The position numbers and the translations under genes were made by a program. This document shows, one piece after another, positions 10,153-20,560 of a stretch of DNA of 32,947 bases. The notes under the pieces are model-generated. The model saw nothing but the letters and a program-made list of their open reading frames with translations. It was not told where the DNA came from and searched no databases. How positions within the stretch are numbered: the stretch's first letter is position 1; every line of letters starts with the position of its first letter. The DNA comes from Catajapyx aquilonaris (taxonomy: Eukaryota): the NCBI GenBank assembly GCA_000934665.2, contig JYFJ02004325.1:1-32947 (forward strand), read 5' to 3'.

Positions 10153-11605
10153 TTATGACTCTGTCTTAACATCATACAGTTTCACTTGCGAAATCTGGCT
10201 TCCAGGTGAACTAGCAACATTCCTAAAACATCTGTGCATCCATGCCCGTGCGTCATTGCGGAATAAAACAACGGCATCCATGTAGCTCTGAACCCTGAAA
10301 GAAATAAGGGGTGAATAAATTTGACTAATAGAGTAATAGTAGTTCATTAGTACAATATCAGATGTAATAATTATAAGGTGGAGAGGTGTTTCTATTACCA
10401 CCGTAATATTATTGAGGTGTAAATGAACAAAATTTCTTACCTGTAGATGTAGAGGAAGACGTTTATGACATAGTAGTAGAGCGAGAAGAAAGCATAGTAT
10501 ATGTACGGAGGGCTCCATGGTCCTTCAGGGGTAAATACGTATATGATGAATATCGGAAGTGTAGTGCTGGTGTGTGCAGCTCCCAACAATGTGAGGAGAA
10601 TGGCCATCTTCTTTTCTCTTTTCTTCAGCTCCTGAAGGGTGCTCTTCCCCACTTCTCTGCAAATACAGAGACATTTTTAACGTTCTTAGTTTGGTCAATG
10701 ATTGGTCACATACTTACTTGAAACGTTTAAATCGAGACCAGTTTTGACGTAGTTTGATCCAGATGAGAAGGAGGCAGACCTGAACTATGATCCATGGAAG
10801 TGCTATAACAATACCGTATGCTATTTGCTGGTCATCGTAGCTCAACATACTGCACATACCCTGCTGCCTGCTGTATCCAAATTCGGAATAAACCTGTTTG
10901 CATTAAATATGAATGTTTGATTAGGTCATCTGATGAGGGCAATGTTTCTCACCCAGGCCGATATGGGAACCACAGCAGACACGACCCAGACCACAACAAC
11001 GGCAGGTATGCTCCCATATGGCTCAAAAGTGACAGAAGCTGCTGCAGGCCACCAGAGTGCCAATGTCCTGTGGACATGAAGACATGATGCTACTATAGGG
11101 GTATTTAAAAAAAGACATCGTTAGGTTACTGCCCTTACCTACTAAGTGTAGCTGCTGCTAATGAAGTGGGTGATGCCACTCCTAGGTAATGGCCGACGAA
11201 AGAAGTTATGTAGCATAACCTGGCCCCTAGTATCCACTTATGATATAAGTACGTCAAAGCTGTGGCGGGAAAGAAGATAAAGGAGAAGAGACAGTCCGCC
11301 AGACTCAGGCTCAGGAGCAAGACCGTGGTAGGGCTCTTGAGGGGACTTCGAGGATCTGTTGTCCTCCACCTGGCGTAGGGCAATGCCACAAGCACCAGTA
11401 AGTTGCCGAATCCACCAACTACACTCAGGAGGAACCAGTATGTTACTGCGAGTAGGTTGAAGAAGTATGGACGATCGGGGTAGCAGCAGGAAGGAGCATC
11501 TTCTTTGGTGAGGCAGACTAGGGATGTCTCCTGGTCATCCCTCGAACAAAAGGACGACACATTGAATTGAGCTGTGTAAGTGTTGGCCTGCTCTGAACCA
11601 GCCAT
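10153..11605 (-). CDS. G4: intact class A orphan GPCR (371 aa); exons 11605-11139, 11067-10953, 10893-10718, 10656-10441, 10294-10153
   Basis: 467+115+176+216+142 = 1116 nt open frame; TM1 GN, TM2 LSLAD, TM3 Cys, TM4 Trp, ECL2 Cys, TM5 Pro, TM7 NVFLY. Confidence 0.9.
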
Positions 11606-11975
11606 TGCAAGAGACTAGATGAGCGCAGTGATGGATTCTGCGAATACATGTGGGGCATTATTTTCAAGCGATGGCCAGGTGTGACTTGTTGTGGAGGAAT
11701 CTTAAGCAATATATTAACACCATGAGTAGGATTTATGGAAACAATAGGACACGAACCATCACACCCTAACATGAAGCAAACAGCTTTCTGACCTTAGTGA
11801 AGGTTATATGTGTATAATAAGTAGTAATAATGGAACCGTTTCATGTTACGCAAATATTATTGCTCATTGGGGTGCGTTGACTCAGATAACCGAGGCGTGA
11901 TTGGCCACCTGAGATGAGCCAATGAAAAACTTTGGCTGACGTACTGTTTTCAATACCTACACAATGGCCCATAAG

Positions 11976-12135
11976 TTTTTTCGCTTTTCACCCGACATGT
12001 CCGGGCAGAATTGCACTCCCTCTCTACCCATCAGGGCCACGAGAAAAGGTCTGGTATTTAAGAGGGTCAGAAATGACTAGAAACTAATTAAGAGCGCCAT
12101 CCATTGGGAACTCCCCTTCCCCTCCCTAAGAGGGC
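11976..12135 (+). mobile_element. SINE family A, 5'-truncated copy
   Basis: cgcttttcacccgacatg..gggcagaattgcact..gagaaaaggtctggt..gtcagaaatgact..ccctaagagggc shared with 9277-9424. Confidence 0.8.
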
Positions 12136-12190
12136 AAACGAACAAACAAACAATATTTGGTGCGATTATGGAGAGTTCTTTCCATTACCA

Positions 12191-12489
12191 CACGGTGATG
12201 AGATAGAAATGGAGAAAATCTCATGGACACAAAATGGATCCTTGGTCCTCCACCTGGCGTAGGGCAATGCCACCAGCACTAGCAAGTTGCCGAATCCTCC
12301 AACCACACTCAGGAGGATCCAGTACGTCGCTGCGATGACATTGAAGTAGTAAGGATAGTCCGGGTAACAACACGAGGGAGCATCCTCTTGGGTCAGACAC
12401 ACTAAAGATGTCTCCTGGTCATCTCTTGTGCAAAAGGATGACATGTTGAACTCGGAGGTGTAAGGGTTGGCCTGCTCTGAACCAGCCAT
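12191..12489 (-). pseudogene. G5: 5' half of GPCR exon 1 (12489-12236) fused to an intron-4 remnant (12235-12191)
   Basis: MAGSEQANPY...YARWRTKDP then homology stops; the adjoining 45 nt match 19881-19927, which lies just past an exon-4 donor. Confidence 0.85.
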
Positions 12490-12823
12490 TGCAAGACACT
12501 AGATGGGTAGAGTGATGGATTGTCCTGTGAATACGTGTGAGGGATTTAACTCAAGTGATGGCCAGATGTGACTTGACGTGACGGAATATATTCTGGAGCG
12601 ATATCAGTAGGACATTGTACTGTACGCATATGTCAGAAAACAATAGAACAAGCCCCATCGCACTATGACAGGAACCAAGCTGCCTACTAACATAATAATT
12701 ATGCGATGAAATGGTAAGTTCATAATATTATGAAGGGAGTTTTGAAAGTTTGTATTAATATTATTCCAACCTAATTCTTCTACCACATCCGTTGTTGCTT
12801 CGTGATACTTTGCTTGAATTTCA

Positions 12824-13200
12824 GACTGTAAGTGTTGGCCTGCTCTGAACAAGCCATTGCGAGAGACTAGATGAGTGACGTGATCGATTGTCATGCGAAC
12901 AATGTGGTTGATTATCCTCAAGCGATGGCCAAGTGTGACTTGTTGTGGAGGAATTCTTAAGCAATACTCTAGTACTGTAGTATAATGTATTGTGAGTTGA
13001 TATGAAAAAAAACAACAATGGGACATGAACCTTCACACCCTGACATGAAGCAAACAGCTTTCTGACCTTTGTGAGGGTCATTTGTGTATAATAAGCCGCA
13101 ATCATTGAACCCTTTCATGTCAAGCAAATATTATTGTGCATTCGGGTGCGTCGATTCCGCTAACCGAGGCGTGATTGGCCATCTTAGACCAGCTAATGAA
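12824..13200 (-). pseudogene. GPCR stub: conserved upstream block plus first ~11 codons (MACSEQANTYS, ATG at 12857)
   Basis: Matches the start context tctctcgcaATGGC and upstream motifs of intact copies; rest of gene deleted. Confidence 0.75.
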
Positions 13201-13600
13201 AACCTTGGATTGTTGTTTTCATTTACTACACAGTTGTTCATATAAGGGCAGTGTAAATGCATATCTCTATACTTATAAACGGGAAAGTTTGTTGGTGCAT
13301 CTATGTGTTTGTCCGGGATACCTAACCCACTTCAGACTACTGCAAGTGCTGAAACCTTAGATGTCTCCTGGTCGTCTCTTGCGCAGGTGGAGGAAGGAGG
13401 TCGTCCGGAGGATACTTTTTATTGACCTTTGAGAGGAGGCCACCAGACGTCCTCCCAGACGCCAAGAGTAAAATACACAAATATTTTTAGACAGTATATG
13501 AATGACTGCTTTATTGCAACTCATGGTTGATTGTAGCCTTGTTGTCAAGTCACAGGCCGTTTTACTTACAGTATTATATTCTATAATAATAATATTATTA

Positions 13601-14414
13601 TTAATCTCGCTTCCAGGCGAAACAGCAACCTTCCTAAAAGCCCTGCGCATCCATGTCCGCAGAACAAAACAAGGGCATCCATATAGCTCTGGATCCTGAA
13701 AGAAAGGAGTGAATAAGATAGGAAGCCTTTGACTAGCACTTCAGTATTAGATTTCTGTACAATACGTCATGACATGGAGAAGCCTTTTAACTGTAATACT
13801 GTCTAGGTATAAATGGAGGAAACTGGTAAATATGTTACACACACAAATTACCTATAGATGTAAAGAAAGACGTTGATGGCATAGTAGTAGAGCGTGAAGA
13901 AAGTGCAGTATAAGTATGGAGGGCTCCATGGTCCTTCAGGGGTAAATACGTATATGATGAAAATCGGAAGTGTAGTGCTGGTGTAGGCACCTCCCAACAA
14001 TGTGAGGAGAACTCCCCCCTCCCCCTTCATCTTTGGTTATCAGTAAGCAACTCCCCCTCCCCCCTCACCCTAGAAGAGGATGACATAATGTGTGTTTTCA
14101 GTTACCTGTATATTAGCATACGCATACTGCATCATTTTATCCAATAGTGCCCCTCTCGACCCTACCCAACATGTGATGGAATAAGGGGAGACAGGGAAGT
14201 AGACTGTAGCGGTACGTAGGGAGTGGGGGTATAAAGTACCAATAAGGGTTAGCTCTGCTATCATCGTGAAGTATTGAGGATGGTCCGGGAAGCAGCAGGA
14301 AGGAGCCTCCTCCTGGGTCAGACACACTAGTGATGTCTCCTGGTCGTCTCTTGTGCAGAAGGAAGACACGTTCATGCTGAGTGTGGAGGAGTTGACCTGC
14401 ACAGAGCCTCTTAT
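13601..14414 (-). pseudogene. G6: chimeric pseudogene; G7-like exon 1 fragment (14414-~14255, ATG mutated to ATA), unrelated filler, G10-like partial exon 4 (~14011-13852) and exon 5 (13695-~13601)
   Basis: IRGSVQVNSSTL resembles G7 MRGSVQVNTSTL; GGAYTSTTLPIFIIYVFTPEG matches G10; 10-nt deletion in exon 5; exons 2-3 missing. Confidence 0.85.
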
Positions 14415-15009
14415 TGCTAGAGAGATACTGGATGGAATGGCTGGGAGCAGCTTGTTATTGGATGCACATGGGGAGATGTTTTTTCCCAAGTAATGAATAA
14501 ATTGTTTTGACAATGCATGCCATCCTTATTTTTACAGATCGATGTGATATTTTTGTGTACTGTCAAACAGAAACAGTGAGATGATCCCCAACATGTCCCA
14601 TGATTGGTGCACTCAAATAAAACTTATGCCAAGGTTAGTTGAGACGTAAATAGGAGGAAGCCAGAGCTTGTTATTGATGACCCACTCAAGTTGAGCAAAT
14701 ATATAAAATATACAGGTCGTATAGAAAATTATTTTCAGTCTCTATTGGTTTTCCCTCTTTTTATTCCATGATTATTAAGCATCTCTCAGAATGGTGTGTT
14801 GACATTATGATCTTCTAGTTATTTATTGAATAACTCACAGTGTGGCTGGCCAGAAGCAGAGGAGTTCGAATTCACTGGCTGGAACATAAGTTAGTTACTT
14901 TTGTCATGTGTTGCTCAATGAAGGTAACTGTTTTCACCGTTCTTGAAGCGTCTGTTGTTGCCGTTAAAATATGACACTTCTCTGCCAATACGTACCCTGA
15001 TAAGTATCA

Positions 15010-15505
15010 TATTAGTATAAATACAAGGCTGCTGACCACTGTTCTGGAGTCCGATCCAATCTCTTGACTTGTTCAGTTCTTCGGGTCGGCTCTTACCAGT
15101 GGTCAGGGTGAAACCAAACTACTGCGTTGTTACTTACTTCCCACTCTCCTTAAAGGACTAATCGGCTGGCCCCAGGCGTAGCCTCCTCAACCTTCACCAC
15201 TATACCTTCGAGGGCTAATCGGTTGGCCTCTGCCTAGCCTCCTCACCACCCTGACATATCAATCTCTACACCGCCCTAACCCGGGGGATTAATCGGCTGG
15301 CAGGAGCTAGCCTCCTTCACCTCCCACCAACCCATGGGGATTAGCTACTCAGGTCAGCGTAAGTTCGCCTTCCCACCCAGCAGTAACAGCGCAGCGTCTT
15401 TCCACCTTCCCCCTGACCATAGGGCGGGAACCCGAACTGGGGAACTCGAGTAACGTCACCAGTCAGAATAACACTCCATCTGGCGTTACATGTGAATGGC
15501 GCCAG
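15010..15505 (+). mobile_element. Possible LTR fragment followed by a PBS-like sequence
   Basis: TATAAATA at ~15017, three internal copies of GGRYTAATCGGYTGGC..TAGCCTCCT, end in ...GTTACA (15490) then TGGCGCCAG (15497-15505). No matching 5' TGTAAC or gag/pol seen. Confidence 0.4.
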
Positions 15506-15744
15506 GTGACAAAATTGGCCGTGGCTCCTTCTGACTTCTCCCTTATCCCCACTTCTACAGAAAAAACAGACTCATGGCTCACCTGATAAAACAGTCATTA
15601 CCGGACCTGAAGCCCTCCTACTTTGATTATAGGTGATGTATTTCCCATGACCAGAGATAATGTTACAACTAAACACATAAATATATTCTTCACAATTACT
15701 TTACCAGCATATTGGGATCCCTATTGAAATATTTAAAGACCACG

Positions 15745-17085
15745 TCACGGTTCTACTATATCATTATTCCGCCGGAATATTGGTCGGCTGAGCATCACAT
15801 GAAACAGGTCACATGTATCTCTGTAGAGTAGAATAAATGCATCCCGGTAGCTCGGGATCCTGAAATAACGACAAAATCATCTTATGTGGCGACAAAGCAT
15901 TGTTGGAGTAGCTTAATTATTACCTGTATACGTAAAGAAAAACGTTGATGACGTAGTAAAAAGGCAAGATGAAGGTATAATACACGTAAGATTTGCTAGA
16001 AATGCTTCCTTTGAAAGCCGCGAATATGATGATTACTGGTGTTGTTGTGCTGACGAAAGCAGCTCCCAGAAGAGTCAGGAGGACGGTCATTCTCTTCTCT
16101 CGCTCCTTCAGGTGCTGTAGCGTGGCCTTGCCAATATCTCTGGAAGCATCGGTACAATAGATAATTCATCATTAACAACATCAAAGTTCCATGACTCACT
16201 TGAACTGCGTCAGTTGAGACCAGTTTTGACGCAGCTTGATCCAGACCAGAAGGAGGCAGACCGGGACAGTGATATAGGGAAGACCTGCAGCTATTCCGTA
16301 TGCAACGTACATAACTTGCTGATTCCCTTTGATATTCATTGTGCACATTCCTCTCCTTCTGCTATAGCCAGATCCATAGTGACACTGTATCAGGACAAAA
16401 TAATTATATCAGCTAGTAATCAGCAATATCAGCTAATTCTCACCGCTCCAAATGTTGGCACCACTGCTGCCAACATCCACACAAACACCGCTGCAGGAAC
16501 ACCACTGTACGACTTAAAGAGGACGCGGTTACCTGCAGGCCACCAGTGCTGTAACGCCCTTTGTAAACGGAAACGAGACTATTGATATTGTGACATCTAC
16601 AGTGCAATAGCAATAATATCTTACCTGCTGAGTGTAGCTGCTGCCAGGGAATTGGAAGAGGCCAAGTACAAGTAGAGGGAGATGAAGCTGGAAATGTGGC
16701 AATATCCGGTATCCAAGACATACTTCCGGCTGAGAAACGTCACTCCCAAAGCGGACAAGTGGACAATACAGTATAGTCCATCAGCCAGACTCAGGCTGAG
16801 AAGAAGGACCGTGGTAGGACTCTTGAGGGGACTTCGAGGGTCCTTTGTCTTCCACCTGGCATAGGGCAATGCCACCAGAACCATCAGGTTGCCAAATCCT
16901 CCAACCACACTCAGAAGGAGCCAGTATGTTCCTGCTATCACTCTGAAGTATTCGGGATAGTCCGGGAAGCAGCAGGAAGGAGTATCCTCTTGGGTCAGAC
17001 ACACTAGAGACGTCTCCTGGTCGTCTCTTGTGCAGAAGGATGACACGTTCAGTGTGGAGGTGTTGACCTGCACAGATCCTCTCAT
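15745..17085 (-). CDS. G7: intact, most divergent GPCR paralog (363 aa); exons 17085-16625, 16558-16444, 16384-16200, 16139-15924, 15859-15745
   Basis: 461+115+185+216+115 = 1092 nt open frame, same intron positions and phases; SRA at the DRY position, NVFLY in TM7, tail IPSYRDAFILLYRDT...VEP*. Confidence 0.88.
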
Positions 17086-17581
17086 TGCCAGAGAGAGACT
17101 GGGTGGAATGGCTGGGAGCAGCTTGTTATGGAATGCACCTGGTGGGATTTTTCCTGAGTAATGAATAAATATTTCCGTGACAATCATTATTTACCAAAGT
17201 ATCGATGCGATATTTGTGTGTAGGCTACTGTCAAACTGTCTCATAATAAGTACCGGAGCAAAGAAACAATGGAAAACGAAAATGTTGGGTGGGGGAGTGG
17301 GGGATGGTGGTATGGGATCGAAAAAACGAAGTAAAGGGGGCGGGGGGAATCAAGGTAGACGGGATTTGGAGCTGGCAGAGCGGCTCCCGGCAAATGCGAC
17401 AGCCAAAACTCGGATGTTTCTGTCGCTCATATCTCGGAAACGGCTGGACGTTGCGAGCTAAAACTTTCACCACTGTATCCATCGCACATGAATGACCCCT
17501 CAAGCAAGTTTCAACCAAATCGGAGGCATCCGACCTTGACCGTTCCCTTGTAAGTCGTGCTGAGGAACCACCCCTTCTCGG

Positions 17582-18638
17582 CCTCTACTCACGCGCTCTC
17601 TCTCCCCTCCTCTCGGTGTGCTTCCTTCCTGCAGGGCCGATTACTCCGGGGCCGCCCTGGTTTGGCTTCCTCCGCCTTGTACGCGGGCTCGACTCACTCG
17701 CAGGACCCGGACCGTCCCTCGACCCTAGCTTCCTCCGCGAGCTCTCTGGACTCACTGCCATGTCTTCGCTCATGGCTTTTTCTTCCCCCTCCTTTCAACC
17801 CGGTTTTCCTGGGTTTTCCTGGGGTAGTGACTCATGCTCAACCTCGGCTGGTGGCCTGGGCTTGTCATCCTTGTTACTATGCGTCTATGCCTCCCATCAC
17901 AATATTTAAAATAGTTATGCAAAATAATTGACCTTTCAAATATTTTTCACCTTGACCCCAATCGTGACCCGTTTGTCCCTGACGCCCGAGAATCGCGAAT
18001 TACGCTAGTGTAGTTGGTGAAATCAAGAATTGTGGATTAGCATGCAGGATTTTTTTTGTTGAACGCCTGGACTTACCCTACTGCATTTTTGCTATGCCCC
18101 GCCCACTAGCAAGTTGCTAGACTTTGCCTAGACTTTTACAGATTATACAAGCGTTGTGCACTGACTACTGTACCTCTTTATGTAGTTGCATGAATATTTA
18201 TTTATTTATTTATTTTTATTTAGCTTTACCTCATTAGAGGGAACAGAGCCCTTTTAGGGGAGTGGATTGCCACCATTTTTCTTACAAAATTTCTTCACAT
18301 TCAGTTGCATGAATATTACAACATACTTTATTATTTCCAAGGTACCCTAGGGCGCATGTTGAAAACGATGCGACGGCGCAGAAATAACCAGAAACTATCC
18401 CGAGTACAACGGCAGCAGGCTGCCCGCACGGCCAACATAATTCAAATTAATCTCAAGAAATAAGGAGGAGAAGACTGAAATTCCCAACAGCCTCCGGCAT
18501 TGAATCGGTACTGCATGAAGAAGGGTTGGCGGTTGCAAAAGCATTCGGCGAACTAGGTAAAATATGGTACTTTGACACGCGCACGTACTAACACTTTATG
18601 TAATGAGACTAATGACCTTGTATAGTTGAGTTGCACAT
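17582..18638. repeat. GC-rich-headed dispersed repeat, copy 2
   Basis: Colinear with 5368-6283; carries an extra retroposed insert at 18199-18302. Confidence 0.85.
18199..18302 (-). mobile_element. 5'-truncated non-LTR retroposon 3' end with (TAAA)n tail
   Basis: 15-bp TSD AGTTGCATGAATATT (18184-18198, 18303-18317); empty site present at ~5965-5980; (TTTA)n on plus strand at the left edge. Confidence 0.8.
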
Positions 18639-19082
18639 TAGAGGTGGTCGAAAAAACACTTTCCCGTGTTTAGCTAGGTTAAGGAAGTGTACCCGCACCC
18701 AAAAAAAGTCACAACTCGGAAGTGACGTCACGTCACCTCAGTTACGCCCCTGGGGACCCCATTACAGATGACTCAAAGCCGGTATCCACGTTAGAGTTTC
18801 TCTCATAAGAGTCTTCTTACGCGAGAAAATCTTGTACGTCGAGACGGACTCTTTGTCGCCTCAGGGCCCATTAAAGTTGAGAATTTTCAACTTTTCCTCT
18901 TTCCTCGTATCCGGGCATGCGCAATTGGCTCCTCGTATGCGAGAAATCTCTAACGTGGATACCGGCCTTCACGTGACCCATATTTTTCACACGTCATAAG
19001 GATCACCCAACACAACTTTTTTTTCACTACTACGTATTACAGTACTACTTTCCAAAAAAATGTGTTTTTTCGACCACCCCTA
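18639..19082. mobile_element. Non-autonomous hAT-type element
   Basis: TIR TAG(A/G)GGTGGTCGAAAAAACAC at both ends; 8-bp TSD TTGCACAT (18631-18638, 19083-19090), the diagnostic hAT TSD length. Confidence 0.88.
18776..18968. mobile_element. PIF/Harbinger-like MITE nested in the hAT element
   Basis: TIR A(A/G)GCCGGTATCCACGTTAGAG; 3-bp TSD TCA (18773-18775, 18969-18971). Confidence 0.8.
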
Positions 19083-19880
19083 TTGCACATGCTACTGCAG
19101 AGCAAAGGTAATTATTTGTCCCACCTTGAATGATGATTCAATTTGTCATATTAGCAGGGGTTGAAAAGTCGCCAATAATAGTGTTACGTAATTCGTGCAC
19201 AACAAGTTATTGAGTGGGAATATTTTCGGTCTGTTTACCTGACCTTGTAATTTTCTTTATGGCCTTGTGGTTAGCGTGTGCTGTACCCGAGTGATCCATC
19301 ATACGGACTTATCTTCGGCGTCAAGCTCCTCCCCCACCCCCGTCCTTCATTACCCCCAGGCTAGCATTTAGGCCTACTAGTCTCACGGAGGGGGGTCAAG
19401 AGCCCTGGGGCCTTTCTTCGCACCCAGGACCCCAGAAAACACTCAAAAGAGTTGAAGAAGACGCGAGTTTTGTCCTAGACGACCCCCGTTCCTCCCCACC
19501 AACCCCCCTCATGCCTCACCCCCACCTCCTTAGCCCCCATGGAAGAAGTGCAGGTGCGTGAACCCCCCTGAGGGCCTGAAGTAGACACTCCTCTGTGGGA
19601 GGGACAACCTTCCCTTCAGCTGGGAATATTAGTTCCGTCTTGGTTCGCCAGAGGGAAACCAGTCGGAACCTTTCTCAAATCGATTGGAGGTGTAGTCACT
19701 GCAAAGGACTTGTCACATGCTCTCAGTTATTAGCTCTTGGGTGAACTAACTTCTCGGTAGCTGATTAGCTGTTTTCGCTAACGTTTCAGTCCGCTAGCTG
19801 ACTAATTAGCTGCCGCTACATTTAGCGTCGCACTTCAGCTAAATTACATTCCGCTAACATAATTCATTCGTGTACCTGTC

Positions 19881-20560
19881 CACGGTGATGAGATAGAAAT
19901 GGAGAAAATCTCCTAGGACACAAAATGTATTACCTTTAGATGTAAATGAACACGTTTATGACATAACAACAGTAGAGAGTGATGTAAACATACCGGTCAT
20001 AATGATAAGAGTGGTACCGAAGCAGGTTGGCGTAGGGGATAAAGAGACCGCCTGCTAATCGGGAGGTCCTGGGTTCGAATTCCGGGGCCGGCGACCCTGG
20101 CCATGGTTTTCTGTGGTTTTCCATGGTCCCCTCCAGGACAATTCCGGGGTCGTTTCCATAAAAAATAGGCCACAGCCGCTTACATCCTTCCCTATCCCCG
20201 GTCCCATCCAATGGTAGTAATCCACACCCCCTAAGGGAGCTAAAGGCTCTAGCACGGGCCTTTCTGCAGACCGGTTCGGTTGTTTCTTTCACGAACTGAC
20301 CTCATTAGGTTACTGCTCTTACCTGCTAATAAGTGTAGCTGCTGCTAATGAATATGGTGAGGCCACTCCTGCCCAAGGGATGATGAAAGAGAATATGTAG
20401 CATATCTTGGCTCCTAGTATCCACTTCTGATAAAGCGCCGTCAATGCTGAGGATGGAAAACTAATGGAGCAGAAGATGCAGTCCGCCAGACTCAGGCTCA
20501 GGAGCAAGACCGTGGTTGGGCTCTTCAGAGGACTTCGAGAGTCTGTTGTCTTCCACCTGG
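19881..20560 (-). pseudogene. G8: fragmented pseudogene; 3' half of a G2/G3-type exon 1 (20560-20323) with start of intron 1, SINE, then decayed end of exon 4 (~19993-19934) and intron 4
   Basis: LLLSLSLADCIFCSISFPSSALTALYQKW...ATLISR is nearly identical to G2/G3; YITLYCCYVINVFIYI* is a TM7 remnant with a stop codon. Confidence 0.85.
20021..20270 (+). mobile_element. tRNA-derived SINE family B
   Basis: A-box TGGCGTAGGGG and B-box GGTTCGAATTCC at tRNA-like spacing, followed by a typical SINE body (ggttttctgtggttttcc...ggccacagccgctt..ccttccc). 3' end approximate. Confidence 0.8.

Noticed and set aside
15150..15320. CRISPR-like repeat-spacer pattern
   Set aside because: Only three degenerate repeats with irregular spacing, eukaryotic context, no cas genes.
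20021..20095. Possible tRNA gene (also 9178-9250)
   Set aside because: A/B boxes present but no proper acceptor stem or cloverleaf, and followed by a SINE body.
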